The position numbers and the translations under genes are program-made. DNA of 64,000 bases from contig OZ024741.1 in NCBI GenBank assembly GCA_964016885.1, positions 45,756,001-45,820,000 on the forward strand. The letters are read 5' to 3'. Below the pieces are notes generated by a model, which saw only the letters and a list, made by a program, of their open reading frames with translations, was not told the origin of the DNA and made no database searches. This document shows positions 40,400 to 54,261 of this stretch, in pieces (the first letter of the stretch is position 1; every line of letters starts with the position of its first letter). This stretch comes from Eledone cirrhosa (Eukaryota).

Positions 40400-43090
40400 A
40401 AAAATATATTAGTTTAACCCTTGAATTAGCAGGAAAAGAGTCTTAACGTTACGGACATGTTAGATAAATAGAAAGATGGAGTGATAAGAGGAAAGACCGA
40501 GGAAAAATACGGTTGGAAAAACACACGTGCGTATTCAGTCAGCCATTTTGGATATATATATATCTCGTTACGGATCTAAGCGGGTCTCTTTCCAACGATG
40601 AAATACAACTCCCCCGTCTCTGATACAGAGACTCAATGACAATTTCTACAGAGCCACCTACAACCTCAAGTGGCTGTCTTCCATCTACACTTACAAGACT
40701 TCCACAATGAACTAAACATTCCTCACTTACCATCTCGACAATTTACTACACCCTCCACCCGCCATCTGTGACCCCGAGACTAAACTCTCATGGTTAAAAC
40801 TTACCATTTCTAACATCCTACAAAAACACACACATACTCACCACAACCTCTGCAGATCACAACTCGCTACCCTAAGCAACCTCAGATCTAAGAACATCCA
40901 TCGGACAAGGGAAAAGTGTTTTGTTTTATTACCAGAGAGTCCTAGAATAACCCAGCCCACCAACAGCTCAACGACGACAGGTCTCAACTCGGAATTCACT
41001 GGAATTACACCGGCGCTGATAGAGAACTGGATCAACACCGCCTTTGCGAACATCTGTGATCGGCGAAGGCTCCCGAAGGGATTCCGGTACAATTACATAA
41101 CGAGAAACAGCAGGCTACCCAACTTCTACGACATGATCAAAACCCACAAAGAAGGACCCGACCTGAAAATTAGACCCATTGTTTTCAGTGTTGAAGGACC
41201 AGCATATAAAATCTATTGGCTTCAGTCCAAGATTTTAAAGCCCATGTTGATAACTTTCCTGGGCCACGTCTACAATTCGAATGAAGTCATACAGCGACGT
41301 AACCAACTCAAAGTTGTAACCATGAAATTCAACAGGTACTTCTTCAGCCTAGATGCAGTATCCCTCTACACATTGGTACCTGCACTCCCAGCTGTGGACA
41401 TACTCATTGAATGAGTCGTTTCCAGCGACCTGAATCGTTTCGGCGTCACCACCACTGACATCCACCAGCTGCTATCCATCATTGTCAACAACGCCTTTTT
41501 CAACTTCCTGGCACAAACCTACCGACAGACCTCTGGACTACCCATGGGATCCATCCTCTCAGGTTTACTTGTCATTTCGAATATGAACAGACTAAAACCC
41601 CGAGTACCCAGCTCCTGCGACACCTGCGTCCTCTTCACTAGATATACTCATCTTCATATCCACCAAGGAGAATGCCAACAAGATTTTCGAATCTTTCAAT
41701 AATGCTGACATTAACATAAAATTCAGCATTGATCATCTCACCGACTTGGGGCCCTCGCTCTACTTAATTTCCGACTGAACATCTCTGATAGTGGTGAAAT
41801 CCACACCAATTTCTACCGCAAAACAGCCAGCAGGGACATGTTTGTGCATTACAAATCTGCCCTCCCCAACAGCTCTAAAAGAGGGTACATCTTCAACGAA
41901 ATGAGTCGCATACGCAACCGAAACAGCGACGCTGCTAATATAACCACCCATATCAGACGATTCCACAGGTTTTTAGAGATTAATGGCTACCCAGCTTCCT
42001 TGTCCAGCCCACGACGAAACCCCAGGCACAGGGACCGGACCAACATAAATAACAGTTGCTTCTACAAGATCCCACATCTCAGCGAGAAGACTACCAACGC
42101 CATACGCAAAGCCATCAGGTGAGAGAGCCTCAATATCAAACTAGCTCACTTTGGACCTGCCCTGCGAAGATACCTCTCCACAAGACAACCCCTAACGAGG
42201 ATAACGGATGCACCCTAGCCAATTGCCCCATCCACAACACTAATTGTTGCCTACGTACCTAGGTGGTATACAGGCTACAATGTAACAAAGCAATCTATTT
42301 TACATAGGCAGCACTATTCGACTGTTATATCTCCGTATTAAAGAGCATGTTAACACCAACACCTCTTCCTTCCGCAAACACATCATCAAATGTGGGAACC
42401 GAGACAACAACATTACTAGCAACCGAACGCAGAGCAGGCACGCTGAGAATTAAGGAAGCCCTCTTGATTAAGTAATTAAACTCTAGGATCAATAATCGAA
42501 TTGAAAGAAGTGCACCTGAATGGCTAATTTAAATTATCCAACACAATTACGCCATTACTCCAACGTTCCAGTTGCCCGTTATAAGGAACGTTTCATTCTT
42601 TCTTTCAAATTAAATCTACGTCCTCACTAAGCATACACACGTACACTCACACACACATTTTTCCCTTTTTATCATATACCTATTCACACTCACCTTTCAC
42701 TACATAAACATATACTCACGCTCACATACATATATCACACAAATTAAATCAACGGCATCGACACATACATCACACACATATTTTTTCTCTTATGTCATAT
42801 ACATATTCGCACACGCCTTTCGCCTACGTAAACTTACACTGACGCACATACATACATCTACCACTAAGCACACTTACAGTCACACAAACATGCATATATC
42901 AAACACTTTTTCTCACACATATTTCACAACGCGCACTCTCGAAATTTTAACGTCTTTTCATTACATTTAAATTAAATTCTGTCTTCCTAACAACAATTAA
43001 TCTCCAACCGATCTGTTAAGACCTTAACAGGAATAATCCTTTGATAATGGGATAATTAAATTTCCTGAGGTAAGATTCTATCGTTGTCTA
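40400..43090 (+). mobile_element. Degenerate Penelope-like element (Penelope/Poseidon-like)
   Basis: RLPNFYDMIKTHKE..KIRPIV, FSLDAVSLYT, QTSGLPMGS, FYRK...MFVHYKSALP, CPIH...C, VVYRLQC...YIGSTIR; many frameshifts; inverted pLTR stub at 40400-40540. Confidence 0.8.
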
Positions 43091-43189
43091 GGCACCTTTA
43101 ATTTTCTGTATTGTATGGTTTTTAAAATTATTCAAATCTATATTTCCTATTAAACAATGCTTGAAGCAAACTACAACACTTCGATACAA

Positions 43190-43284
<95 letters not shown>

Positions 43285-43365
43285 TATATATATATATATA
43301 CTTATATTTAAGTAAGTGCCGTACTAAGAGTGAGAAATGAAATTTCGTTTTCATTTTATTACAAC

Positions 43366-43485
<120 letters not shown>

Positions 43486-43522
43486 TATATATATATGTAT
43501 GTATGTATATATGTATGTATAT

Positions 43523-44118
43523 GATGACGCTAACATCTCTGCTGATACATGGGAAAATGTTGCTGCTGATCGTAATATATGGAGAAAGACTGTATATGAG
43601 GGAAAAGTTGCCTTTGAGGCATCTCCAATCGCATACGAGAAAGTAAAGCGGGATGTGAGGAAGGGCATTGCTGTTGCACTTCCAGACGGCGAGGGTCCTC
43701 CTATGGTGCTGACATGCAGCGTCTGTGCGAGACTCTGCCTAAGCAAAGCTGGACTCGAAAGTCATCTTCGCAGTCATAAAGTAAGACCAGTGGTTGACTA
43801 CCAGGCTGCTGTTGGAGATGCTACTCATCATGCTTGCCAAACATGTGGTAGAGAATGTAAATCACCAGGAGGGCTCAAGCGACATGCAAAAGTACACGAA
43901 CTCCAACCACAGCCGGCTATTCCCAGTGAATGTTTTGGTTGCCGACTCTGTGCAAGACATTTTAGATCATTGGCTGGGCTAAAAAGCCACATTCGATCGC
44001 AGCGCTGTTAGTTGCTATCGTGTGTGTGTGTGTGTATAGATATGCTTATGTGTGTGCGTGTATGTGTATATATATATGTATATGTATATTATTATTGTTG
44101 TTGTCGTTATTATTATTG

Positions 44119-44170
<52 letters not shown>

Positions 44171-44320
44171 ATGCGTGTGTGTGTGTGTATGTGTATATAT
44201 ATATATGTTTTTGTTTTTTCTATTTTAATTTAATTTTTTATTTATTTATTAATTTTTTTTTTCTCCTCGTGCAATGGCCATACTCGATAACGAGGGGGCA
44301 GCCATCATGTATGTATGTAT
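43523..44320 (+). mobile_element. 5'-truncated copy of the same RTE family, with three C2H2 fingers and 3' UTR
   Basis: Near identical to 32650-33075 reverse complement; extra CRLCARHFRSLAGLKSHIRS; ends ctcgataacgagggggcagccatc(atgt)n. Confidence 0.9.
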
Positions 44321-45029
44321 ATAAATTGAGTGACGTGCCTTCCAACGATCATCGATTTTTAGACACCCCATCCAAATGAAACAATTGTTAATACTTAATC
44401 CAGAATATGACAGCGAATAACACTGGCTGTTTGTTTAACGAGGCAACCATTTTGCCCGCTTGTCTGGTGAACGTAGCTGAGATATGATTTTCAAATGGTG
44501 TGGCATTTATCTGTTTTTAAATTTCAGTTTAGATTTATAAAAAGCTATATAATTTAATCCATTTAAAACATACTCTAAACATACTCTATCTTAAATAGGA
44601 AATCTCTGTTGGGGCGAAGTATATATTAGGGATTTCATGACAGGAAGAAAACTATTGATCAAGAAATGGTCGTTGTCGTCTGATTTTCGCCTAAACAATA
44701 AAAAATCATTCTTTCATTCGATTCGAGATTAAAGCTAACAATTGTTAAAAATTCAATCTTTTTCAAAGTAAATTATATCGATAAGAAATATATAATGCTA
44801 TTAAGATACTGTTAGGTAACAGTATCTAATATATATAGGGTTTATTCAGTGCTTTTAAGACTTGTCAATAAATACACATTAAATATATATCCTGTCTTTG
44901 ACCACCTATTTCTAAATCTATTAACATTATGTAGTATTTGATATTTTGAGGTTGTAATAATTAATAAACATTATTTTGGTAGTTTATTGAATTAGTGACC
45001 TAGGCATTCGTTATACAACCATTATGGAT

Positions 45030-45190
45030 GTAGGTATAGTTGAGTGGTTAGGATGTTTGCTTTGTAACGAAAAGGTTCCGGTTTTGATCCACTGTGTAGC
45101 CCCTTTGGCAATTTTCTTTACCATAGCCTTGTGTTGATCCAAACTTTTTGAATAAAACAATGTTGACAGAAATTCTTTGAACGCCCATCA
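45030..45190 (+). mobile_element. tRNA-derived SINE family C (old)
   Basis: gagtggttaggatgtttgct...ggttccgg...ccatagcc...; related to 61940-62085. Confidence 0.5.
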
Positions 45191-46789
45191 GATGGATTCT
45201 ACCTGTAATTGAATGGTCGAGCACTGTTATATACTGTATCATTTTGATTACCTTAAAAATACAGGTGACTGTAATACTCAAAGAATTACACGTTAATTCA
45301 CGTCCATTTGATCGAATAACTGAATGATCGAAACCGACGGGTAATCCGTCATACAAAGCTTCATATATGTTGGTCTGGAATTTAGACACATAGTTTAAAT
45401 TGTTTATATCTATTTCAGTAAGTATCTGCCACAATCAGATCTCCTTGGACACTGAATTGTAAATAAGTGGTGCTTATCAAGGCGACAAACAACCATATAA
45501 TTATTTGTTTGACATCGAAACGATCAGCAAAAATAAAATGTTTAATATACTCTATAGGGCGCTTTGACATATATATCATAATCCTTATTTCAGTTAAATG
45601 TTGATAGATGTATAATCTCATTCCAGAATTAGTTCATTTAAACGGTTAATATTATGCAATAGAAGTAATAAACATGCAATATTTCCAAGTTTTAAAGCTC
45701 GATATAAATTGTTCATACTCATGTACGAATTGCAAATAGCGATCTTTTTTTTCTTTTCTTTTTTTAGAATCACTCTCAATGGTAGTAAAGATTCTTTAAA
45801 GCAGAATGATGAATAAAGATTATTTATAGATATATAAATATTCTTATTTTCATTAAATATGTTCAGTATAAATGTATTTATATAAAATGCTGCCGCTAAC
45901 AATTTATTTTCTCGAACATGTAAATATGTAAATAATGAGTCTCGAAAAATGTGATCCGGCTATACAGAAAATGGAAAATAAAAACAGGCTATTTATGGAG
46001 ATTCTAACTGCTAAAGTAATATGTACACTTGTGCGTCCCATAGGAAGTTTCATATTCTATACTCACAGCATAGAGAGAATATAAAAAGGAAATTATACAA
46101 AAATTATGAAAAGATTTGTGAGCGTAAAAGAGGGCTAAGAAAGAAAGAAAAAAAGAAACAAGAAGAAAAATTACAATGTAGCAAAAGTAAGAAATATATG
46201 GTGAGTTGTACACTGGTGGTCTTATTTTAGCCAAAAAAGAAAATATCTTGTTAGAGAATGAAGAATTCTAATTTTGTGGAAATATTTTCTTATGAAAAAT
46301 TTTGTTTTCAAATTTGAGAATATGATGTAACAACAGTACTTCTATCAATATATAAATTTGTTGGTGGGGTTGTGCGAATGTATGTGTGTGTAAAAGGAAA
46401 GAAGGGGAGGGTGAAAAAATATAGCAAGACAGCGGCTGGCGTTCCATTTGCTACGCTCTGTGTATGTGTGTGTGTATTTGTGTGAATGTGTGTCTGCGAG
46501 TTTGTATTTGTGTAAGTATGTCTGTGTTGCGCGTTTATGATTATATATGCATACATATAAATGTATGCATATGCACACACACACACACATATATATATAC
46601 ACATACACGTCAGCGTATTGAAAAATTCTAGTCTACAATACTTCTAAATAAAGTTTTATAAGATTTGAGAAATCAAAAGGCATGCTACGTCTTTCTTGTC
46701 ATGTCTTAAATTTGTAGACGTTCACTGTCACTAAGAGGGAAGATAATGATCCATACAGGTGTAAGTTACAGATTGTCCCGAGGACAGAA

Positions 46790-47010
46790 GCTCATCAAGC
46801 GGGAACCTGTCCCGGTTTAATTGACGTCGATCCACCGTAGGTTTAACCTCTCGCTGATATTGATACTCATATTTTTCAACTGAGCGGAGAAGAGCAGCAT
46901 GAAATTAAATATCTTACTCAAGGACACAATGCGCTATTCGGTTCGAAAGTCAAACCTACTCTCTTACAAATGTGAGTCAAGTACCCTAAACAGTAAGTCG
47001 AGCCTTCATA
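46790..47010 (-). mobile_element. SINE family B (diverged)
   Basis: ctgagcggagaagagcagcatgaaattaaatatcttactcaaggacacaatgc. Confidence 0.5.
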
Positions 47011-47029
47011 AAGCCTTAACCGCTGGAAA

Positions 47030-47218
47030 TAATTGTTTCTACTTTTGGCACAAGGCCAGCAATTACACCAGTGCATTACTGCTACTTTATTTTATCGACC
47101 CCGTAAAGATGAATGGCAAAGTTAATCTCGGCGGGATTTGAACTCAGAACGTCAAGGGCCGTAACTCTATGCTGCATAACTTGGCGTCCGGCCCTCTACC
47201 GATACTGCCAATCCACCG
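47030..47218 (-). mobile_element. SINE family A
   Basis: ggcacaaggccagc...ctcggcgggatttgaactcag...ccgatactgccaatccaccgc. Confidence 0.8.
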
Positions 47219-47814
47219 CTGGAAATAATCAAACATGGTTTGTTATTTATTAGAAAACGATGTAATCGTCTAAGTACACAACTGTCTCCGTTGCATACAT
47301 GCGCAGGCACAGAAATAATGGTTCCTAATTTTGGCACACAGCCAGTTGAGCCACAGAAATAACGGAATCTTAACACAAATGAGGTTCCCTAATTCCAATT
47401 TGTAACTCTAATGTGGTTATTTCCTCGTATTGAAAATATTGTACATAATCAATTCCAGCTTTTCAAAAATATAGTATTTGTTCTGCAAGTTCGATCTAAG
47501 TTACTCTCATTCCCAGATCTACTTTAAATTTCATTCTTTAAGTGATGACAAATAATACATCCGCAGAAATATCCATTAAACCATCTTTTATTATAAAGAT
47601 GAAGGTCACGTGATACACCATTTCATGCATCCGGAAATTGTAAATGTAGAGTGAAAAAATAAAACGTACAGCAGATTTGTTTTCATAGTTACTTTACTTC
47701 TTCCACTACAAGTCCAGTGTCCTGTGATACATCTACATAAATCCCCCTCTCTCCTCCTTCCTCTCTCGCCCTCACTCTCCCTCTCTAAATCTCTCTCCCT
47801 TGTTTCTCTCTCTT

Positions 47815-47852
<38 letters not shown>

Positions 47853-47853
47853 G

Positions 47854-47884
<31 letters not shown>

Positions 47885-48299
47885 CCCCTCTCTCTCTCTC
47901 TCTCTCTGTATATATATATATGTGTTTGTGTGAATATGTGCGTGCCTATTCCTATTGTGTGTCTTATATTCATTAGACTGCGACCATGTTGCAGCACAAA
48001 GTAAAGGGATTGAGTCATTTTTCCCCGTTTGGCTCTAGTTATTAATCGATATGAGAGACCTGACTCCATTATTGATCCGCTCATCAGACGTCTTATTTCT
48101 ACGTCTTCGGTACACGATTTTCCTATTTATATATATAACAACTATCATGTTTACCATTAGTCTCATTGTTGTAGGGGTGGAACGTAATGGGTAGGTTTTC
48201 GATATATTTCAGTAAGGAAGGCAACAGAAGGGTGGGGCTTATTGGGCAAGAAACCCCAGCACCAGCAACAGTGGGGGCAACGTTGAGAGAACAAGACAC

Positions 48300-48680
48300 C
48301 CCATAGGACAGGACGCTAGTCCATCGTAGGGTTAAACCTCCAGCTATTTTTTGTACTCATTTTCGGCTGAGTATACTGGAGCAACGTGAAATAAAGTGGT
48401 TTGCTTAACAACACAACACGCTACCCAGTCCAAGAATATATATATGACTCATTTGGCCGGTGCTTATCACGGTTTCATCGCGTAAAGTGACTGAGAGTAC
48501 AAGACTCCCCTCTGGAGAGGACGCCAGTCCGTCGCAGGGTTAAACCTCAGTTGAGTATACAGGAGCAACGTAAAATGAAGTGTTTTGCTTAATAACACAA
48601 CACGCTACCCAGTACAGGAATTGAACCTACGGGATTTTGAACGTGAGTCCAACACCCTTACCACTAGGACACACGCATAA
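48300..48680 (-). mobile_element. Two adjacent SINE family B copies
   Basis: ggacgc(c/t)agtcc..cg.agggttaaacctc...ggagcaacgt...acacaacacgctacccagt, twice. Confidence 0.65.
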
Positions 48681-48835
48681 GGGGAAACAGGCAGGCCGAA
48701 ATTTGTTTGGACCAGAAAGCTCAATATCATTCTTAAACATCGATACATTAGATACCTTGCAGCAAGATGGAAAACAAGGCATAACAAGACATATATTGAA
48801 TTTATTAGAGTGCAAAGAAAATATCTCAGAAGCAC

Positions 48836-48837
<2 letters not shown>

Positions 48838-48921
<84 letters not shown>

Positions 48922-48980
48922 CGTGTGTGTGTGTGCGTGCGCGCGTGTGTGTGTGTGCGTGTGTGTGCGTCTGTGTGTGT

Positions 48981-49060
<80 letters not shown>

Positions 49061-49087
49061 GTGTGTGCGTGTGTGTGTGTGTGTGTG
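48838..49087. repeat. (GT)n microsatellite
   Basis: About 250-bp GT/GC dinucleotide array. Confidence 0.95.
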
Positions 49088-49414
49088 ATGGGATCAAGTT
49101 CACCCATAGAAGTTATCGATGCTACTCCATGATCGATCAGCCCCCCCAGACAAGTGATTCAACAAAGAATAGAGTTTTTTTTTTGAAACACCAGTCTAAA
49201 GAGCAGATCGATAATGGAGTCGGGTTCATAACGATTATGGTTGATTTTGACCCAATCCTCTGCGAATCGCGCATGACAGGTCGATAAACAATAAAAACCT
49301 AAATGCATGTAAATGAAACTTTAGTGTATTTTCTTTATATATGCACTCTGCCTGTGCATGGAGTTCTCATATTGATACCACCACCAGTAATTCACTGAAT
49401 CGCATACACTATAT

Positions 49415-49468
<54 letters not shown>

Positions 49469-49495
49469 TTTCATATATATATATATACACATATA

Positions 49496-50114
49496 CAGTA
49501 ATCGCCCGCTTATCGCGGGGGTACGTTCCAGAACCACAAATGAATATCTACGATATAGAGAGACCATAAAGACAACCGTTGTTTTCCTGGTGTAAGAGTG
49601 AAAATAACTCTCCTACCCGCTTTAAGTACATATAAACTCATTAAAACACACTTTTGTATTTAAACGCCAAAAACAGCCAGTAAGGATCATATAGAAACTA
49701 CCACCTACGATCGTACCACTTGTTATCAATGACGACGATCACTAGCCACCTTAGCGACTGGGTAATATACTACACATGTCCCGTCTATGGAGGGTTTGTT
49801 GTAGATTAGAAAAAAACACTAATAGTAAAACAGTAATGAAATGAAAAATGAGAACATTTTTTTATAGTTAAAGCCTTAAGATGCCCCTTCCTTACGATAT
49901 ACATTTCAATAACATCGAAACTTATCTAATAAGTATAAATTTTAAACATTTTTTATTCAGCTGTATGTACCGCGATAAGAAAATAGATATATTCTAACGA
50001 AAAATCTGCGATGTAGCGAGGATTACCGTGATAGGAAAATAGATACGTTCCAAAGAAAATTCCGCGATGTAGCCGGACCACGAAAAGTGAACCACGATAT
50101 AGCGGGGATTACTG
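49496..50114. mobile_element. pogo/Tigger-like (Tc1-mariner superfamily) MITE
   Basis: TA|CAGTAATCGCCCGCTTATCGCGG ... CCACGATATAGCGGGGATTACTG|TA: terminal inverted repeats and TA target-site duplication; no ORF. Confidence 0.8.
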
Positions 50115-51199
50115 TACATATATGTGAGCGTGGTATGCATGTGTGTGTCTTCAAGAGATAAAGTGAGAGACCTGTGAATTTGTGAATTCTATTGTTCAAA
50201 CCAAACGTAAAGAATTAACGAAATATATATAATCCTCAATAAAAAACATCAAAAATGTTATGTATACATGTATTTCTTTATGTGCTAGTGTGTGTATATG
50301 TGTGTGAATGTATGTGTGTTTATGTGTGAGTGTGTGTGAGAGAGAGAGAGAGTATGTTTGTTTGTGTGTGTGTGTGTGGATGTGTGTGTGTGTGTATATG
50401 TTTTATGTGTGTGTTACATCTTTTACTTCATTATTTCTACGAAGCTATAGCTTAAATCTATCTACAATCCATTTAGCAAGAACATTTTCTTTTAATATAA
50501 TTTTATCAAACCATTGTCATGGACGATAATGTAATAACATATTTCAAAATATTTCTGTAAGCAAAACTCTTATGTAATTGCATACTTGCAATTGTTCTGA
50601 AAATTGTATTAATGAATAAATATTTTAAACAGGCGTGAAATTCCGTCTTTATATATTTCTTGTTTTTATCTTCAAATATAGGTATGTTTTAGACATCTAT
50701 AGCATCAGGTGTTGAGTATATTTTCTATTTATCACTAAAACTTCATTCACTCCAGAAAAAAGAAGTATTATTTTGTTTGCTTTGGGTGTCGATTACGTAT
50801 CTTTCAAAATGTATAGGATTCTATATGTTCTCAAGATTCATAGAATCTAGGCAAGAAGGATCACTTTAAATAAGTAATTACGTTATGGAAAATAACGATA
50901 CCTTGGTGTATGTGGAATAATCATTTAGTTATATATGTTTATGTTTTGTTGCATAAATATGTGTTAAATAAATAGGCCGGGATTATTTACCTGATATACA
51001 AAATCTTTGGTATATACCAAATCTGTGTAAACATACACACTTACACTGACAACCACACATATGTGATAAGAGTCTATTGACAAATATCCCAGTCTTCATT
51101 TGCTTAACGAGTCGGGTGGAGCGCGTCAAATCGGACCGAGGAAACAATGTTTCCATTGGTCTTTCCAATTGCGAATAATATCTACTGACCGCAAATGTA

Positions 51200-51330
51200 G
51201 GCAGAAGAAGCCACATGAAATATAATGTCTTGCTCAAAGACATAACGCATACCTAGGTCCGGGAATCGAACTCACAACTTCACGATTGCGAATCCAATTC
51301 TCTAAACACTCATTCACCCGTCTTCACAAC
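51200..51330 (-). mobile_element. SINE family B head
   Basis: tgtcttgctcaaagacataacgc...ccgggaatcgaactcacaac (B box on minus strand). Confidence 0.6.
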
Positions 51331-51389
51331 ATATATATGTAGTTATATATATACATATATGTGTGTGTCTGTCTGTGTATGTGTGCCTC

Positions 51390-51421
<32 letters not shown>

Positions 51422-51422
51422 C

Positions 51423-51470
<48 letters not shown>

Positions 51471-51559
51471 CAGCTCACACCTATACAGGTTTAGCTGGCC
51501 TCCTCTAAGGTATATCTTGTTTGGGGTGTCTTGGGTGATTTAATGATAGGGACTCCAGT

Positions 51560-51710
51560 CCTATCATCTCATTTCTACAGCTGAGTAAACTGGAGCAACG
51601 TGAAATAAAGTGTCTTGCTCAAGGAAACAACACATCACCCGGTCGGGAGAATTGAACTCACAACCTTTCGGTGCAAGCCCAATGCTCTAACCACTAAGCC
51701 ATGCGCCTTC
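51560..51710 (-). mobile_element. SINE family B
   Basis: cagctgagtaaactggagcaacgtgaaataaagtgtcttgctcaagg...attgaactcacaacc...ctaaccactaagccatgcgcc. Confidence 0.7.
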
Positions 51711-52477
51711 ACTGTGTGTGTGTGTGTTTGTGTGTGTGTGTTTGTGTGTAAATAAGTCAACGACTTCCAGCAAACGTAGCTGCTCATATCAAACCAAAAC
51801 AGATTAAAGCAAAGCCAGATAACACTAAAATAAAAAGAAGGAAATAAATATACTACAATCTAAACATCCTGAAATTATATTAATTAAAATTATAAAACAT
51901 AGCCTACAATTTATAAAAGTTTAATAAAGTTATTGAAATATATATAAATAAATTATCACATAAAATATTATCTAAATAAAATAAAATATTAACTAAGTAA
52001 ACACCTTTTAAAACATTCAATATTAGGTTAAATAATATTTTGAAACTAAGATTATTATCTATAAATAAATAAATATAAATTTATCTAAATAAAAGTATGT
52101 ATGTTCGTATGTTTGTATGGTTGTAAATATGTATATATGTTTGTATGTTTGTATGGTTGTCTGTATGTATGCATGTATGGTTGTTTGTATGTAATTATGT
52201 TTGTATGTAGGTATGTAATATTACTTGTAATGGTTACCTTTCAAGAAAGTTTTCGTACATACTCTTCATAAGTAGAGTATAGAACTTTATTGAATGCATA
52301 AAAATAATCTCCCACTGACTTCTCTATTCTGTCCTTGTCTGTATTAGAAAAAATCGTTAGTCGTTAAAACATTGTGGAATCTGTTTTTATAAATAACCGC
52401 CGTATCAGTATAAACGAAGAGTGTTAAAATTATGTCTCACTATTACTAATAACTTTCATGTCGATGGAGATACAGCA

Positions 52478-52519
<42 letters not shown>

Positions 52520-53085
52520 ACTAGAGATTGATTAACATATAAATAAACATGAATAATCACAGGAGATAATTTTTACAAGTGTGTAACCACACATAGCTCG
52601 GTAGGTAACTAAATAAAGTTGACTGGAACTTCAAAAATAGATACCTTATAATATGATTAATCTTCCCTGTATATATTCCATTAAAGAAATATATTTCACC
52701 AATTAATCAGATGGTAAATCACAGAAGTGGAGATTTGGATTTTCAACAAGGAAGAAATTTCCAGCAATCCGTGTTTACACTACAAGTTCAAATCACCAAC
52801 TGGCCAGCACGTGTAGTATTTACTAGAAATACTCACATCATACTAGCTTCGTCCCAGTGGCGTGAATAGGGTTATCGACAACTAGAAACAGCAGTCGAGT
52901 CCTTTCAACAGAGTTAAATTAAATTCATTTGATTTATCTTAATTTTGGATATAGATATATAGATATAGATATATAAAACACAGTTGCTTTCACTTCAATT
53001 TATTATGAATTAAATTTATAAATTTAGGAATTTATAAATTTCCGGTTGGTTCGTTGGTTCCACAACCAGACGATTGTTCATATAT

Positions 53086-53130
53086 TGTCAAAGTTCTTTC
53101 GTCACACATTCTGTGACCTCTTCAGTGACT
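53086..53130 (-). ncRNA. Type I hammerhead ribozyme (Neptune-type pLTR fragment 52976-53200)
   Basis: Minus strand: AGTCA-CTGAAGA-GGTCACA-gaatg-TGTGAC-GAAAG-AA-CTT-TGACA. Confidence 0.8.
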
Positions 53131-53318
53131 GGGGATTCTTTCTTTGTTTTTGTGCCTCTCCTTTGTTCTGTCCTACGCCATCTTGTTTTTCAGAAACGAA
53201 ATATATATATATATATATATATATACTTAGGTTAATAGGAGTTAAGTATTGTATACCCGTGTCCCATTAAGGTATTGGCAGCATAATAATTAGCTCTATG
53301 CTTTGGAGCAGAGCCGTA

Positions 53319-53446
53319 TATATGATAAAGAACACAAGAGCGTCTGTTATAGCTCTAACGAATCCTACGGTTACGTAAGGAAGAAACATTGTAAGCCAAT
53401 AAAAATCTTTTGATGTTGTAGACGCTCTTGTGTTTTTTATCATATA
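53319..53446. repeat. Mini fold-back with HHR-like loop (53352-53396)
   Basis: Arms tatgataaagaacacaagagcgtct / agacgctcttgtgttttttatcata; loop GCT-CTAACGA-ATCCTACG-gtta-CGTAAGGAA-GAAAC-ATT-GTA-AGC. Confidence 0.65.
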
Positions 53447-53586
53447 TATATATATTTATATATATATATATCCAAAATTAAGATAAATTAAATGAATTTA
53501 ATCTAAATCGAAATTGTGGGTGTCATGTCATAATGACATGCGCCATATCGCCTGGAAATAAGCTCAAAGATAAATCCGAGCATTTT

Positions 53587-54065
53587 ATAATAACTAGAAA
53601 TTGATTAACATATAAATATACATGAATAATCACAGGAGATAATTTTTACACGCGTGTAACCACGCATAGCTAGTTTGGGTAATAATTAAATTTATACCTT
53701 TAAGTATGATTAACCTTCTTTGTATATATTAAAGAAATATATTTCACCAATTAAAGAAATATATTTCACCAATTAATCAGATGGTAGCGGCCAGATGAGG
53801 ATTTAAACTCGTTGTGTAAGGATGGATAGCTGGACATTATTACTCTTCCTTGTTGACAATCCAATAATATCTACTTTCCGTGACTTACCATCTGATTAAT
53901 TGGTGAAATATATTTCTTTAATGGGATATATACAAAGAAGGTTAATCATACTTAAAGGTATAAATTTAATTATTACCCAAACTATCTATGCGTGGTTACA
54001 CGCATGTAAAAATTATCTCCTGTGATTATTCATGTATATTTATATGTTAATCAATTTCTAGTTAT

Positions 54066-54068
<3 letters not shown>
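53587..54068. repeat. Fold-back element (arms about 190 bp); diverged copy at 52515-52810
   Basis: ataactagaaattgattaacatataaat...cagatggta vs taccatctg...atcaatttctagttat. Confidence 0.85.
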
Positions 54069-54098
<30 letters not shown>

Positions 54099-54218
54099 TC
54101 CAAGACACTGCTTAATTTACAGGTATTGACCGCTCATTCAGTTAATGTGCAAACGTTTTAAGTACAATCAATAGTGTTACTTTTAACATCCATCCAATAA
54201 ATATTGTGTCCTTGTGTA

Positions 54219-54254
<36 letters not shown>

Positions 54255-54261
<7 letters not shown>
